DNA of 64,000 nucleotides, taken from Alphaproteobacteria bacterium. Its GTDB lineage: Bacteria; Pseudomonadota; Alphaproteobacteria; RF32; CAG-239. The position numbers were made by a program, and so were the translations under genes. Each line of letters opens with the position of its first letter. The first letter of the stretch is position 1. Positions 28,434-36,828 of this stretch are shown here, piece by piece. The DNA lies in assembly GCA_045221335.1 (NCBI GenBank), contig JBGUWS010000017.1:79737-143736 (forward strand), read 5' to 3'. The notes under the pieces are model-generated. The model worked only from the letters and a program-made list of their open reading frames with translations, ran no database searches and was not told the DNA's origin.

Positions 28434-29650
28434 ATAAAAAGACGATAAAAATTAAGTTTTGTGGTTTCTATTCAAAATTTAATTACAGTGACAATATGTT
28501 TACAAAAACCTTACAAAAAAAATATAACATAGAAATTTCAGATAAACCTGATTTTTTATTTTATTCTTGTTTTTCTGCTGAACATTTAAGTTATAAAGAC
28601 TGTGTTAAGATCTTTTTTACCGGAGAAAATATTATCCCTAATTTTAATGAATGTGATTATGCTTCAGGTTTTGATTATATAGATTTTCATGATAGATATT
28701 TCAGACGAATATACAAATTTCCTTCTCCTTCTATTAATGATAGAACTCAATGTACGGATAATCTTCTTAATCGTCGTTTTTGTAACTTTATTTATTCTAA
28801 TGCAACTTCCGGTGAAGGGGCAATATTAAGGCAGGAGTTTTGCAAAAAATTGATGGTTTATAAACATGTGGACTGCCCGGGAAAAGTGTTAAATAATATG
28901 ACAGCCGAAGATTTAGAACCTCGTAATGGTGATTGGATAAAAAGCAAAATAGAATTTTTGAAAAAATATAAATTTACCATTGCTTTTGAAAATTCTTCTT
29001 CCAATGGCTACACAACAGAAAAACTTTTTCAGCCTTTAGAAAGCTTTTCCATCCCGATTTATTGGGGTAACCCTTTAGTTACAAGGGATTTTAATCCTAA
29101 GGCATTTATTAATTGCAATGATTATGATAATGATTTTGATGCCGTAATAGAACGCGTTAAAGAGTTGGATAATGATCCGGATAAATATCTTGCCATGTTG
29201 CGTGAAAATCCGATGCAACCGGATTTTGATTTTGATCAACAAAAGAAATATGAGAAATGGTTGATAAGCATTATAGAAAAAGGAAATAAGCCGTTTAATA
29301 AAGATCCGCGTAATTGGCAAGGAATTCCTTTGCGAGCTACCATTAACACCTTAAAGCAAGAAATATCGGATTTATCAAAAGAAAATCACGAGCTTCAGGA
29401 AGATCTTTTCAGTTTGAATAATAAGTTAAAAGAAATATCTTCCCTAAAGCCATTTCCCAAGCTTCCTAAAAGAACGACCGGCAATTTTTTATATCGCCGC
29501 GTAGAAAAAGATGGTTATGTTAAAACGTATATTCTTGGAATTCGTGTACGTAAACGTCCGATGAATTTATGTAAATTTATAGATAGTCGCTTGCACGAAT
29601 TAGAAAAAAGATTAAAAGCAGCTCAAAATATTGATCAAAATCATCAATAA
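28427..29650 (+). CDS. Alpha-1,3-fucosyltransferase (GT10)
   Basis: FFTGEN, FCNFIYSN, YKFTIAFENS..GYTTEK, IPIYWG; C-terminal coiled coil. Confidence 0.9.
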   Translation: MVDKKTIKIKFCGFYSKFNYSDNMFTKTLQKKYNIEISDKPDFLFYSCFSAEHLSYKDCVKIFFTGENIIPNFNECDYASGFDYIDFHDRYFRRIYKFPSPSINDRTQCTDNLLNRRFCNFIYSNATSGEGAILRQEFCKKLMVYKHVDCPGKVLNNMTAEDLEPRNGDWIKSKIEFLKKYKFTIAFENSSSNGYTTEKLFQPLESFSIPIYWGNPLVTRDFNPKAFINCNDYDNDFDAVIERVKELDNDPDKYLAMLRENPMQPDFDFDQQKKYEKWLISIIEKGNKPFNKDPRNWQGIPLRATINTLKQEISDLSKENHELQEDLFSLNNKLKEISSLKPFPKLPKRTTGNFLYRRVEKDGYVKTYILGIRVRKRPMNLCKFIDSRLHELEKRLKAAQNIDQNHQ

Positions 29651-29775
29651 AAGCTGTGGGTATTTATTCTTATTAGTGTAATCTTTAGAAAAATAAACTA
29701 TAGTATGATCATTACCATTCAGATACAGATCTGAGTGTAATGTTTTTTGTCTTAACAATATATAAGGAAAACAAC

Positions 29776-32202
29776 ATGTTAGCATTCAAAAAAATTAGTA
29801 AGACAGCTTTAGCTGCTTTACTGATCATGATTGCGAGCCTTCAAGGCGCGTTTGCTTCAGAGATTGATTTGAACGTTCCAATGTTAGACGTTGATTACAA
29901 TATCTGGGGATTTGCAACCGACGGCGCAAAGATTTTAAGCTATGGTTTGATTATTTGCGTTTTAGGCTTAATTTTCGGTCTTTATGAATTTGTAAAGATC
30001 AAAAAAATGCCGGCTCATGAATCAATGTTGAAAATTTCTAATTTGATTTATGAAACCTGCAAAACCTATATGAAACAACAAGCAAAATTATTGCTTGTAT
30101 TAGAAGCTTTCATTGCAGTCTGCATTTTTTATTATTTCTTTTATTTGAATAATACACCGCTAAGTAAGGTTCTAACCGTATTAGGTTGGTCCGTACTCGG
30201 TATTTTGGGATCATATTTGGTCGCATGGTTCGGTATGAGAATTAACACATATGCAAACTCACGTACAGCATTCCTATCCTTAAAAGCCAATCCGTACAAT
30301 GTGCAAAATTTGCCATTGCGTTCTGGTATGTCAATAGGTGTTTTGCTCATCTGCGTTGAATTGATTATGATGATCATCATTCTTTTATATGTAGATAGAG
30401 CCAGTGCAGGTGCATGTTTCATTGGTTTTGCTATAGGTGAATCTTTAGGTGCTTCCGCACTTCGTATTTGCGGCGGTATTTTTACCAAGATTGCTGATAT
30501 TGGTGCCGACTTAATGAAAATCATTTTCCGTATTGATGAAGATGATGCCAGAAATCCAGGCGTGATTGCAGACTGTACCGGTGATAATGCCGGCGATTCT
30601 GTTGGCCCGACAGCCGATGGTTTTGAAACATATGGTGTGACCGGTGTTGCTTTAATATCCTTCATTGTTTTGGCAGCTGGTATGCAGTATGCCTCTAACG
30701 GTGATTTATTTATGATGAGCAATGGCGTTGATATTCAAGCACGTTTGATCGTTTGGATCTTTACCATGCGTGTTTTGATGATTGTAACCTCTCTTGTTGC
30801 ATATTTCATCAATAACATGGGCTGCAAAGCTATTTTCGGCAAGGCCAAATCATTCAACTTTGAAACACCATTAACCTCTCTGGTATGGATTTCTTCAATC
30901 ATTTCCATTTTGATGACTTTCGGTGTATCATACATCATGATTGGTGATATGAGCCCGAATTTGTGGTGGAAATTATCTGTTATCATCAGTTGCGGAACAT
31001 TTGCCGCGGCGATTATACCGGAATTCACAAAGATATTTACTTCATCAAAATCACAGCATGTTCAAGAAATTGTGAATGCCAGCCGTGAAGCAGGCGCTTC
31101 ATTAAACATCATTTCCGGTATCATTGCCGGTAACTTCTCCGGTTTCTGGAAAGGTTTGGTAATGGTTGGTTTGATGACCATAGCCTACTTCACTTCAAAA
31201 GAAGGTTTGGATGCCTTTATGGTTTATCCGACAGTATTTGCTTTCGGTTTGGTTGCATTTGGTATGCTTGGCATGGGGCCGGTAACAATCGCTGTTGACA
31301 GCTATGGTCCTGTAACAGATAACGCACAATCCGTATTTGAGCTTTCTCAGATTGAGCAAATCAAAGGCATCAAGAAAGAGATTGAAGATGATTATGGATT
31401 TAAGCCGGACTTTGAAACAGGAAAGCAATTATTGGAAGAAAATGATTCTGCCGGTAATACTTTCAAAGCAACAGCAAAACCTGTACTTATAGGTACAGCG
31501 GTTATCGGTGCGACAACAATGATTTTCTCGATTATCTTATTGTTGCACTTACACTTGAACTTACTGGATCCGAATGTTCTGTTCGGTTTGATGCTCGGTG
31601 GTGCCGTGATTTACTGGTTCTCCGGTGCTTCAATGCAGGCTGTATCAACCGGTGCTTATCGTGCTGTTAACTACATCAAAAAGCACATTAAGTTGGACGG
31701 CAAAACCGCAGCTTCAATTGAAGATTCTAAAAATGTTGTTCGTATCTGCACCATATATGCACAAAAAGGTATGTTCAATATCTTTATCGTTATCTTCTCA
31801 TTTACGATAGCTTTTGCGTGCTTTGATGCAAACTTGTTTGCAAGTTATTTGATCTCAATTGCCGTCTTTGGTTTGTACCAAGCGTTATATATGGCAAATG
31901 CCGGTGGCGCATGGGATAATGCCAAAAAGGTCGTAGAGGTTGACTTGCACGAAAAAGGATCAGATTTACACGCTGCCGCCGTTGTTGGCGATACAGTGGG
32001 TGATCCTTATAAAGATACATCATCTGTTGCGCTTAACCCGATTATTAAGTTTACAACGTTATTCGGTTTACTTGCTGTAGAAATGGCAGAAAGTGCACCG
32101 CGTTGCATTTCTTTATCATTGGGTGTAGCATTCTTTGTATTAGGTTTATATTTCGTATGGCGGTCATTCTACCGTATGAGAATAGAATCCACAAAGGACT
32201 AA
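29776..32202 (+). CDS. hppA: Membrane-bound ion-translocating pyrophosphatase (K+-independent signature)
   Basis: GGIFTKIADIGADL, EDDARNPGVIADCTGDNAGD, GGAWDNAKK, GDTVGDPYKD; GNTFKA. Confidence 0.95.
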   Translation: MLAFKKISKTALAALLIMIASLQGAFASEIDLNVPMLDVDYNIWGFATDGAKILSYGLIICVLGLIFGLYEFVKIKKMPAHESMLKISNLIYETCKTYMKQQAKLLLVLEAFIAVCIFYYFFYLNNTPLSKVLTVLGWSVLGILGSYLVAWFGMRINTYANSRTAFLSLKANPYNVQNLPLRSGMSIGVLLICVELIMMIIILLYVDRASAGACFIGFAIGESLGASALRICGGIFTKIADIGADLMKIIFRIDEDDARNPGVIADCTGDNAGDSVGPTADGFETYGVTGVALISFIVLAAGMQYASNGDLFMMSNGVDIQARLIVWIFTMRVLMIVTSLVAYFINNMGCKAIFGKAKSFNFETPLTSLVWISSIISILMTFGVSYIMIGDMSPNLWWKLSVIISCGTFAAAIIPEFTKIFTSSKSQHVQEIVNASREAGASLNIISGIIAGNFSGFWKGLVMVGLMTIAYFTSKEGLDAFMVYPTVFAFGLVAFGMLGMGPVTIAVDSYGPVTDNAQSVFELSQIEQIKGIKKEIEDDYGFKPDFETGKQLLEENDSAGNTFKATAKPVLIGTAVIGATTMIFSIILLLHLHLNLLDPNVLFGLMLGGAVIYWFSGASMQAVSTGAYRAVNYIKKHIKLDGKTAASIEDSKNVVRICTIYAQKGMFNIFIVIFSFTIAFACFDANLFASYLISIAVFGLYQALYMANAGGAWDNAKKVVEVDLHEKGSDLHAAAVVGDTVGDPYKDTSSVALNPIIKFTTLFGLLAVEMAESAPRCISLSLGVAFFVLGLYFVWRSFYRMRIESTKD

Positions 32203-32205
32203 CTT

Positions 32206-32239
32206 AAAAAACGGTCGGATTTATTCCGGCCGTTTTTTT
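32206..32239 (+). terminator. Intrinsic terminator
   Basis: AAAAAACGGTCGGA-tttat-TCCGGCCGTTTTTTT. Confidence 0.85.
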
Positions 32240-32285
32240 CTTGCAATCAATAAAAGAATACGCTAGAAAATAACTAAGGTGAACA

Positions 32286-32996
32286 ATGCAAGATCAATTT
32301 AAAAGAACAGAGATTATTTTAGGACTTGATTCCACCCGAAAATTAGCTCAAAAAAGAGTAGCAGTTTTCGGTATTGGGGGCGTCGGTTCTTGCGTTGTCG
32401 AAGCACTCGCTCGTTCCGGTATCGGTGCGCTTGACTTGATAGATAATGATACTTATACCATTACTAATCTTAATCGCCAGTTATATGCCACCCATCAAAC
32501 ACTCGGTCAATATAAGGTAGACGTTGCAGAAAAGCGAATAAAAGAAATAAATCCCAACTGTCAGGTACGTGTTTATAAAACGTTTTTTTTACCCCAAGAA
32601 GAAAGCTCGTTTGATTTTAGTCAGTATGATTATGTTGTTGATGCTATTGATACTGTCGCCGGAAAAATAGGGCTTGTAATGGCATCTCATCAGGCAAAAG
32701 TGCCTATCATATCTGCCATGGGGGCAGGCAATAAAATTGACCCCACAGCATTTGAGGTAGCTGATATATATCAGACCACAGTTTGTCCGTTGGCTAAAGT
32801 TATGCGTAAAGAGCTAAAAGAACGCGGTATCAAACACCTGAAAGTCGTTTATTCAAAAGAAAAACCGCTCAAGCCTGAAGGCTTAGATGATGAGCAGACA
32901 TCTCGTCGTGCCACTCCGGGATCAACGCCGTTTGTGCCGCCGGTCGTTGGCTTTATCATGGCTGGCGAAGTCATCAAAGACTTGATTAACAAGTAA
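32286..32996 (+). CDS. tcdA: tRNA threonylcarbamoyladenosine dehydratase (ThiF family)
   Basis: GIGGVG, TNLNRQ, VVDAID, SAMGAGNK.DP, CPLAK.MRKEL, VVYSKE. Confidence 0.9.
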   Translation: MQDQFKRTEIILGLDSTRKLAQKRVAVFGIGGVGSCVVEALARSGIGALDLIDNDTYTITNLNRQLYATHQTLGQYKVDVAEKRIKEINPNCQVRVYKTFFLPQEESSFDFSQYDYVVDAIDTVAGKIGLVMASHQAKVPIISAMGAGNKIDPTAFEVADIYQTTVCPLAKVMRKELKERGIKHLKVVYSKEKPLKPEGLDDEQTSRRATPGSTPFVPPVVGFIMAGEVIKDLINK

Positions 32997-33018
32997 CCAA
33001 AAAGGAAACAGGATAATT

Positions 33019-33678
33019 ATGAAGCTCATAACATTCCAGACAACAGAGGCTTTTAATGTTCTTCAAAAAAATGGCATATTAATAGCAGACACCAGCAATA
33101 TAGATTTGCAAAAATACGGCATACCTTATGATTGGATGATCAGTGAAATGAAGGAAAGGGGGATATCACCTCAAAACAATGAACGATATCCGCTTTGGGC
33201 CTGGGCAAAATGCGGCGCCTCTATCGGTCCTAAAAGAAGAAAAAATACCAACCACATCATTCAAGATACAGTAAAAATCACTTTTGAAAAGCCGGACCAT
33301 GAGGTCTTATTATCAGATTATATGGCATATGCGTTTATTTTAAGCGGTCACATTGTTCCAAAAGATAAAAAGGAATACACGCATTTTTTAACACGTATGC
33401 AACAGTTGGATGTCGCGCCAGAGGATTTGAAAAATTTTGTGCGTCATCAAGCAATAAATCCACGTATTCCCGTTGCGGAAATCAAAAAATCATGGTCACG
33501 TATTTTTGATTTAAGGTCATATGTACATCAAGCATGTGTCTGGAATATCAAAACCAAAGAGATAAAACAAGTGGAAGTATTAAAGGATCCGAATTATTCG
33601 TATGGCGTGATGAACGCTAAGCGTTCGGATGGCTCCAGACCGGATTGGAAACAAAAATATTTGAAGTTCTTGAAGTAG
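33019..33678 (+). CDS. DUF3841-like protein
   Basis: Y.WM..EM, YPLWAW, VLLSDY, QACVW.I motifs. Confidence 0.7.
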   Translation: MKLITFQTTEAFNVLQKNGILIADTSNIDLQKYGIPYDWMISEMKERGISPQNNERYPLWAWAKCGASIGPKRRKNTNHIIQDTVKITFEKPDHEVLLSDYMAYAFILSGHIVPKDKKEYTHFLTRMQQLDVAPEDLKNFVRHQAINPRIPVAEIKKSWSRIFDLRSYVHQACVWNIKTKEIKQVEVLKDPNYSYGVMNAKRSDGSRPDWKQKYLKFLK

Positions 33679-33699
33679 TTTGATTGTTCTCCTCTTGGA

Positions 33700-33903
33700 G
33701 TGGCAACAAATTTTATGAAAATACGTCATGATGCAGCGGTAGGTAAACCAATTTCAACAGGTAATGTTGCGGGTGATTTTGTATTAACTAAAATACCTTA
33801 TATTGGTAAAGCAGTAAAAGGTATTAATATACCGCCACAAATAGGTGCACACATAGCACATGGTATCAACGCCTACAAAGAAAGCTGTGGTAAGAAAAAA
33901 TAA
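33700..33903 (+). pseudogene. Small ORF or C-terminal fragment of a larger protein
   Basis: GTG start without a clear SD; frame is open back to the previous gene's stop. Confidence 0.35.
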
Positions 33904-33953
33904 ATAAATTATTATTACAATACAAAAAAATTTAGTAGAAAGGAACAAAACTT

Positions 33954-34343
33954 ATGAAATTGTTGTCAAAAGAAGCCTTAGTATTAGGAGGAGTTTATGG
34001 AGTTGTTGATGCTCCTTTCACTATTATAGGATTAGATATCATAACGGATATTTTGTTTGTTGCGTTTATTATTTGCATCATCATGTTATGTTTTAATAAA
34101 AAACCTCTTTTTTTAGCAAAGATAATGGCTAATTATCCTAAAACATCATATTATCTATCTTCGATAGGCTGGATACCATATTTAACTTGGATTGTTATTT
34201 TAGGATTGACAATAAGTTTTTATTATTTCGGGTTACTAGCTATTCAATTAAAACAACAACTGTGGTATCTAGGTATTTTTGATATTAGTGCAGTCATTTT
34301 ATCATTAAGTATTGCTATGATTAGAACACAGACAAATAAATGA
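33954..34343 (+). CDS. Small multi-pass membrane protein
   Basis: SD AAGGA; about four hydrophobic segments; very AT-rich. Confidence 0.75.
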   Translation: MKLLSKEALVLGGVYGVVDAPFTIIGLDIITDILFVAFIICIIMLCFNKKPLFLAKIMANYPKTSYYLSSIGWIPYLTWIVILGLTISFYYFGLLAIQLKQQLWYLGIFDISAVILSLSIAMIRTQTNK

Positions 34344-34405
34344 TAAATATTAACTTCCAATCACAGAAGAAAATATTGAAAAGAAAGAAAAGGGCAAGTT
34401 GTAAA

Positions 34406-34596
34406 TTGATGCGGGAGAAATTTTGACGGAGCTCATGCTCCGCCGCACAGGCGTGCATAGATTGCTTTCGTCATGCTGAACTTGTTTCATCATCTCAAGT
34501 TATGGAGGTGCGCCGCGCACTGAACCAACTTCTTCGTTGTTTCAAGCCCATCTTTATAACCAACAAAAAAACCACCCGCAAGGGGTGGCTTTTTAC
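34406..34596 (-). repeat. tRNA-linked repeat element downstream of tRNA-fMet
   Basis: Terminator, inverted T-arm copy (34534-34549, 13/16), direct T-arm copy (34521-34529) and degenerate 19-nt tRNA 3'-end copy (34406-34424, 14/19). Confidence 0.7.
34565..34594 (-). terminator. Terminator of tRNA-fMet
   Basis: Minus strand GCCACCC-cttgc-GGGTGGT followed by a T-run. Confidence 0.85.
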
Positions 34597-34673
<77 letters not shown>

Positions 34674-34798
34674 ATAACAAACAACAGAGGATATATAAAC
34701 AACAAAAAAATAATTGTCAATAATATTTTTTAATCTTTTGCATAAAATATTTTGCATGCTAATCTCAAGCTAAGGTAAATGTCCGTAAGAGAAAACTG

Positions 34799-35680
34799 AT
34801 GCAAGATAAAAATATTCACCCCCTTTATGAAACACCAAATATTTCAGAACGTAAGCTGGGCATAATTGCCGGTGGGGGAGAACTTCCCGCTCAATTGATA
34901 GAATGGTGTCGTACACACAATCATCCGTATTTCGTACTAGCTATTCGCACCAATGCTAAAGAGGAGTATTTTACTCCTGAAATTCCGCATGAATGGATAA
35001 GAATAGGGCAGGCCGGAACAGGTTTTAAGCGTTTTAAGGAAGAGGGCGTCAAAGACGTTGTCTTAATCGGTACCATCAAACGCCCGACACTAACAGAGTT
35101 GGTGCCGGATATGCGTACTACGGCATTTTTTGCAAAAATTGGAGCAAGAGCCTTAGGTGATGATGGTATATTGCGCGCCGTGGTCAAGGAAATAGAAAAC
35201 GAAGGGATGAAAGTTGTTGGCATTCAAGAGGTTGTTCCTGAATTATTAGCTAAAGAGGGGATTCTCACCAAGAAAAAACCGGACAAAGAAGATGAAGAAG
35301 ATATCAGACGTGGTGTTGAAGTAGCTACAACCATAGGAAAGCTTGATGTTGGTCAGTCTGTCGTTGTGCAACAGGGATTGGTTTTAGGAATGGAAGGTAT
35401 AGAAGGCACGGATAAACTTATATTACGCTGTAAGGATTATGTCCGTAAAGGTAAGGCTCCTGTATTGGTTAAATTAAGAAAGCCCCAACAAGATTTGCGT
35501 ATAGATTTACCGACAATCGGCCTCCAAACAGTGGAAAATGCGCATAACAGCGGCTTTAAAGGAATAGCGATACATGCTGGCAACACACTGATTGTCAATG
35601 AACCGGAAGTGATAAAATTAGCCAATAAATACAATTTGTTTATCAAAGGTATCATTCCTTCGGAGTACGAAAAATGTTAG
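34799..35680 (+). CDS. lpxI: UDP-2,3-diacylglucosamine diphosphatase LpxI
   Basis: LGIIAGGG.LP, GDDGIL, DVGQ, EGIEGTD, KPQQDLRIDLPTIG; directly upstream of lpxB. Confidence 0.93.
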   Translation: MQDKNIHPLYETPNISERKLGIIAGGGELPAQLIEWCRTHNHPYFVLAIRTNAKEEYFTPEIPHEWIRIGQAGTGFKRFKEEGVKDVVLIGTIKRPTLTELVPDMRTTAFFAKIGARALGDDGILRAVVKEIENEGMKVVGIQEVVPELLAKEGILTKKKPDKEDEEDIRRGVEVATTIGKLDVGQSVVVQQGLVLGMEGIEGTDKLILRCKDYVRKGKAPVLVKLRKPQQDLRIDLPTIGLQTVENAHNSGFKGIAIHAGNTLIVNEPEVIKLANKYNLFIKGIIPSEYEKC

Positions 35681-36825
35681 TCTATCTGATAGCAGGCGAA
35701 CCCTCTGGAGATATGTTAGGTGCCCGCTTAATGCGCGCATTAAGGGACAAAAATCCTGATATAAGCTTTGCCGGTGTTGGTGGCGATAATATGGAAAAAG
35801 AGGGAATAACCTCTCTGTTTAATATCACTGACCTAGCTATTATGGGGTTAATAGAGGTTATTCCGAGCATTCCGAAAGTTTTGCGCCATATCAAAGAAAC
35901 CGTAAATGATATCAAACTCAAAAAGCCTGATGTTGTTATAACTATTGATAGTTGGAGCTTTTCCGCCCGTGTTCATAAAGCTATCCGTAAGCAAAAAATA
36001 AAAGTTTTACAAATGCATTATGTTGCTCCGCAAGTTTGGGCTTGGAAAAAGGGCAGGGCAAAGACAATGTATAAATATATTGATCATTTATTGACGTTGT
36101 TTCCAAACGAACCGGCTTATTTTACACCTTATCACCTAAGGGCAGATTTTGTCGGACATCCGGTGATTGAGAGTTCAATGGTCAATGCCGAGGCTACGTC
36201 TTTTTTAGAAAAATATCAAATTCCCCAAGATAAAAGGGTGGTCTTGCTCTTACCCGGTTCCAGGCATAATGAAGTGGCTAACCTCTTGCCGGTATTTCTA
36301 CAAACCGTTGATATACTAAAAAAACATTATCAGGATCTGGTATTTGTACTGCCGACAGTTAAAACCGTAGAGGATAGAGTAAAAAGAATGATCTCAGAAA
36401 ATCATTCGGATATAATTGTTATTAATACACAACAAGAAAGATATGCCGCAATTAAAGCCGCCAGCGCAGCAATAGCAGCCTCCGGAACCGTGGCTTTAGA
36501 ATTAGCCATAATGGATGTACCGCATTTAATAGCCTATAAAGTACCGAGGTTAACGGCTTGGTTGCTTCATCATATAACTAAGATAAAATACGTAAACTTA
36601 ACAAATATCTTGCTTGATAAAGCCATTATACCTGAGATGTTGCAAGAAGATTGCCAATTCCCAAAAATTGCCGCCGTCACGCATGATTTATTAGATAAAA
36701 ACAGTGCATTATATCAAACAGAAGTAGGAAGCTTCAAGGAACTAAGAGCAGCATTAGGTTTTGGTAAGGTTTCGCCCAGTCACAAGGCGGCAGAAATTAT
36801 CATTAAATCTGTAAAAAAGGCATAA
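35674..36825 (+). CDS. lpxB: Lipid-A-disaccharide synthase
   Basis: AGEPSGD, HYVAPQVWAW, FVGHP, LPGSR, ASGT. Confidence 0.95.
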   Translation: MLVYLIAGEPSGDMLGARLMRALRDKNPDISFAGVGGDNMEKEGITSLFNITDLAIMGLIEVIPSIPKVLRHIKETVNDIKLKKPDVVITIDSWSFSARVHKAIRKQKIKVLQMHYVAPQVWAWKKGRAKTMYKYIDHLLTLFPNEPAYFTPYHLRADFVGHPVIESSMVNAEATSFLEKYQIPQDKRVVLLLPGSRHNEVANLLPVFLQTVDILKKHYQDLVFVLPTVKTVEDRVKRMISENHSDIIVINTQQERYAAIKAASAAIAASGTVALELAIMDVPHLIAYKVPRLTAWLLHHITKIKYVNLTNILLDKAIIPEMLQEDCQFPKIAAVTHDLLDKNSALYQTEVGSFKELRAALGFGKVSPSHKAAEIIIKSVKKA

Positions 36826-36828
36826 ACA

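Noticed and set aside
30141-31428. Antisense ORFs within hppA (similarly within trkH, htpX, accC, ftsK and aas)
   Set aside because: Shadow frames of well-supported genes, without SD or recognisable motifs.
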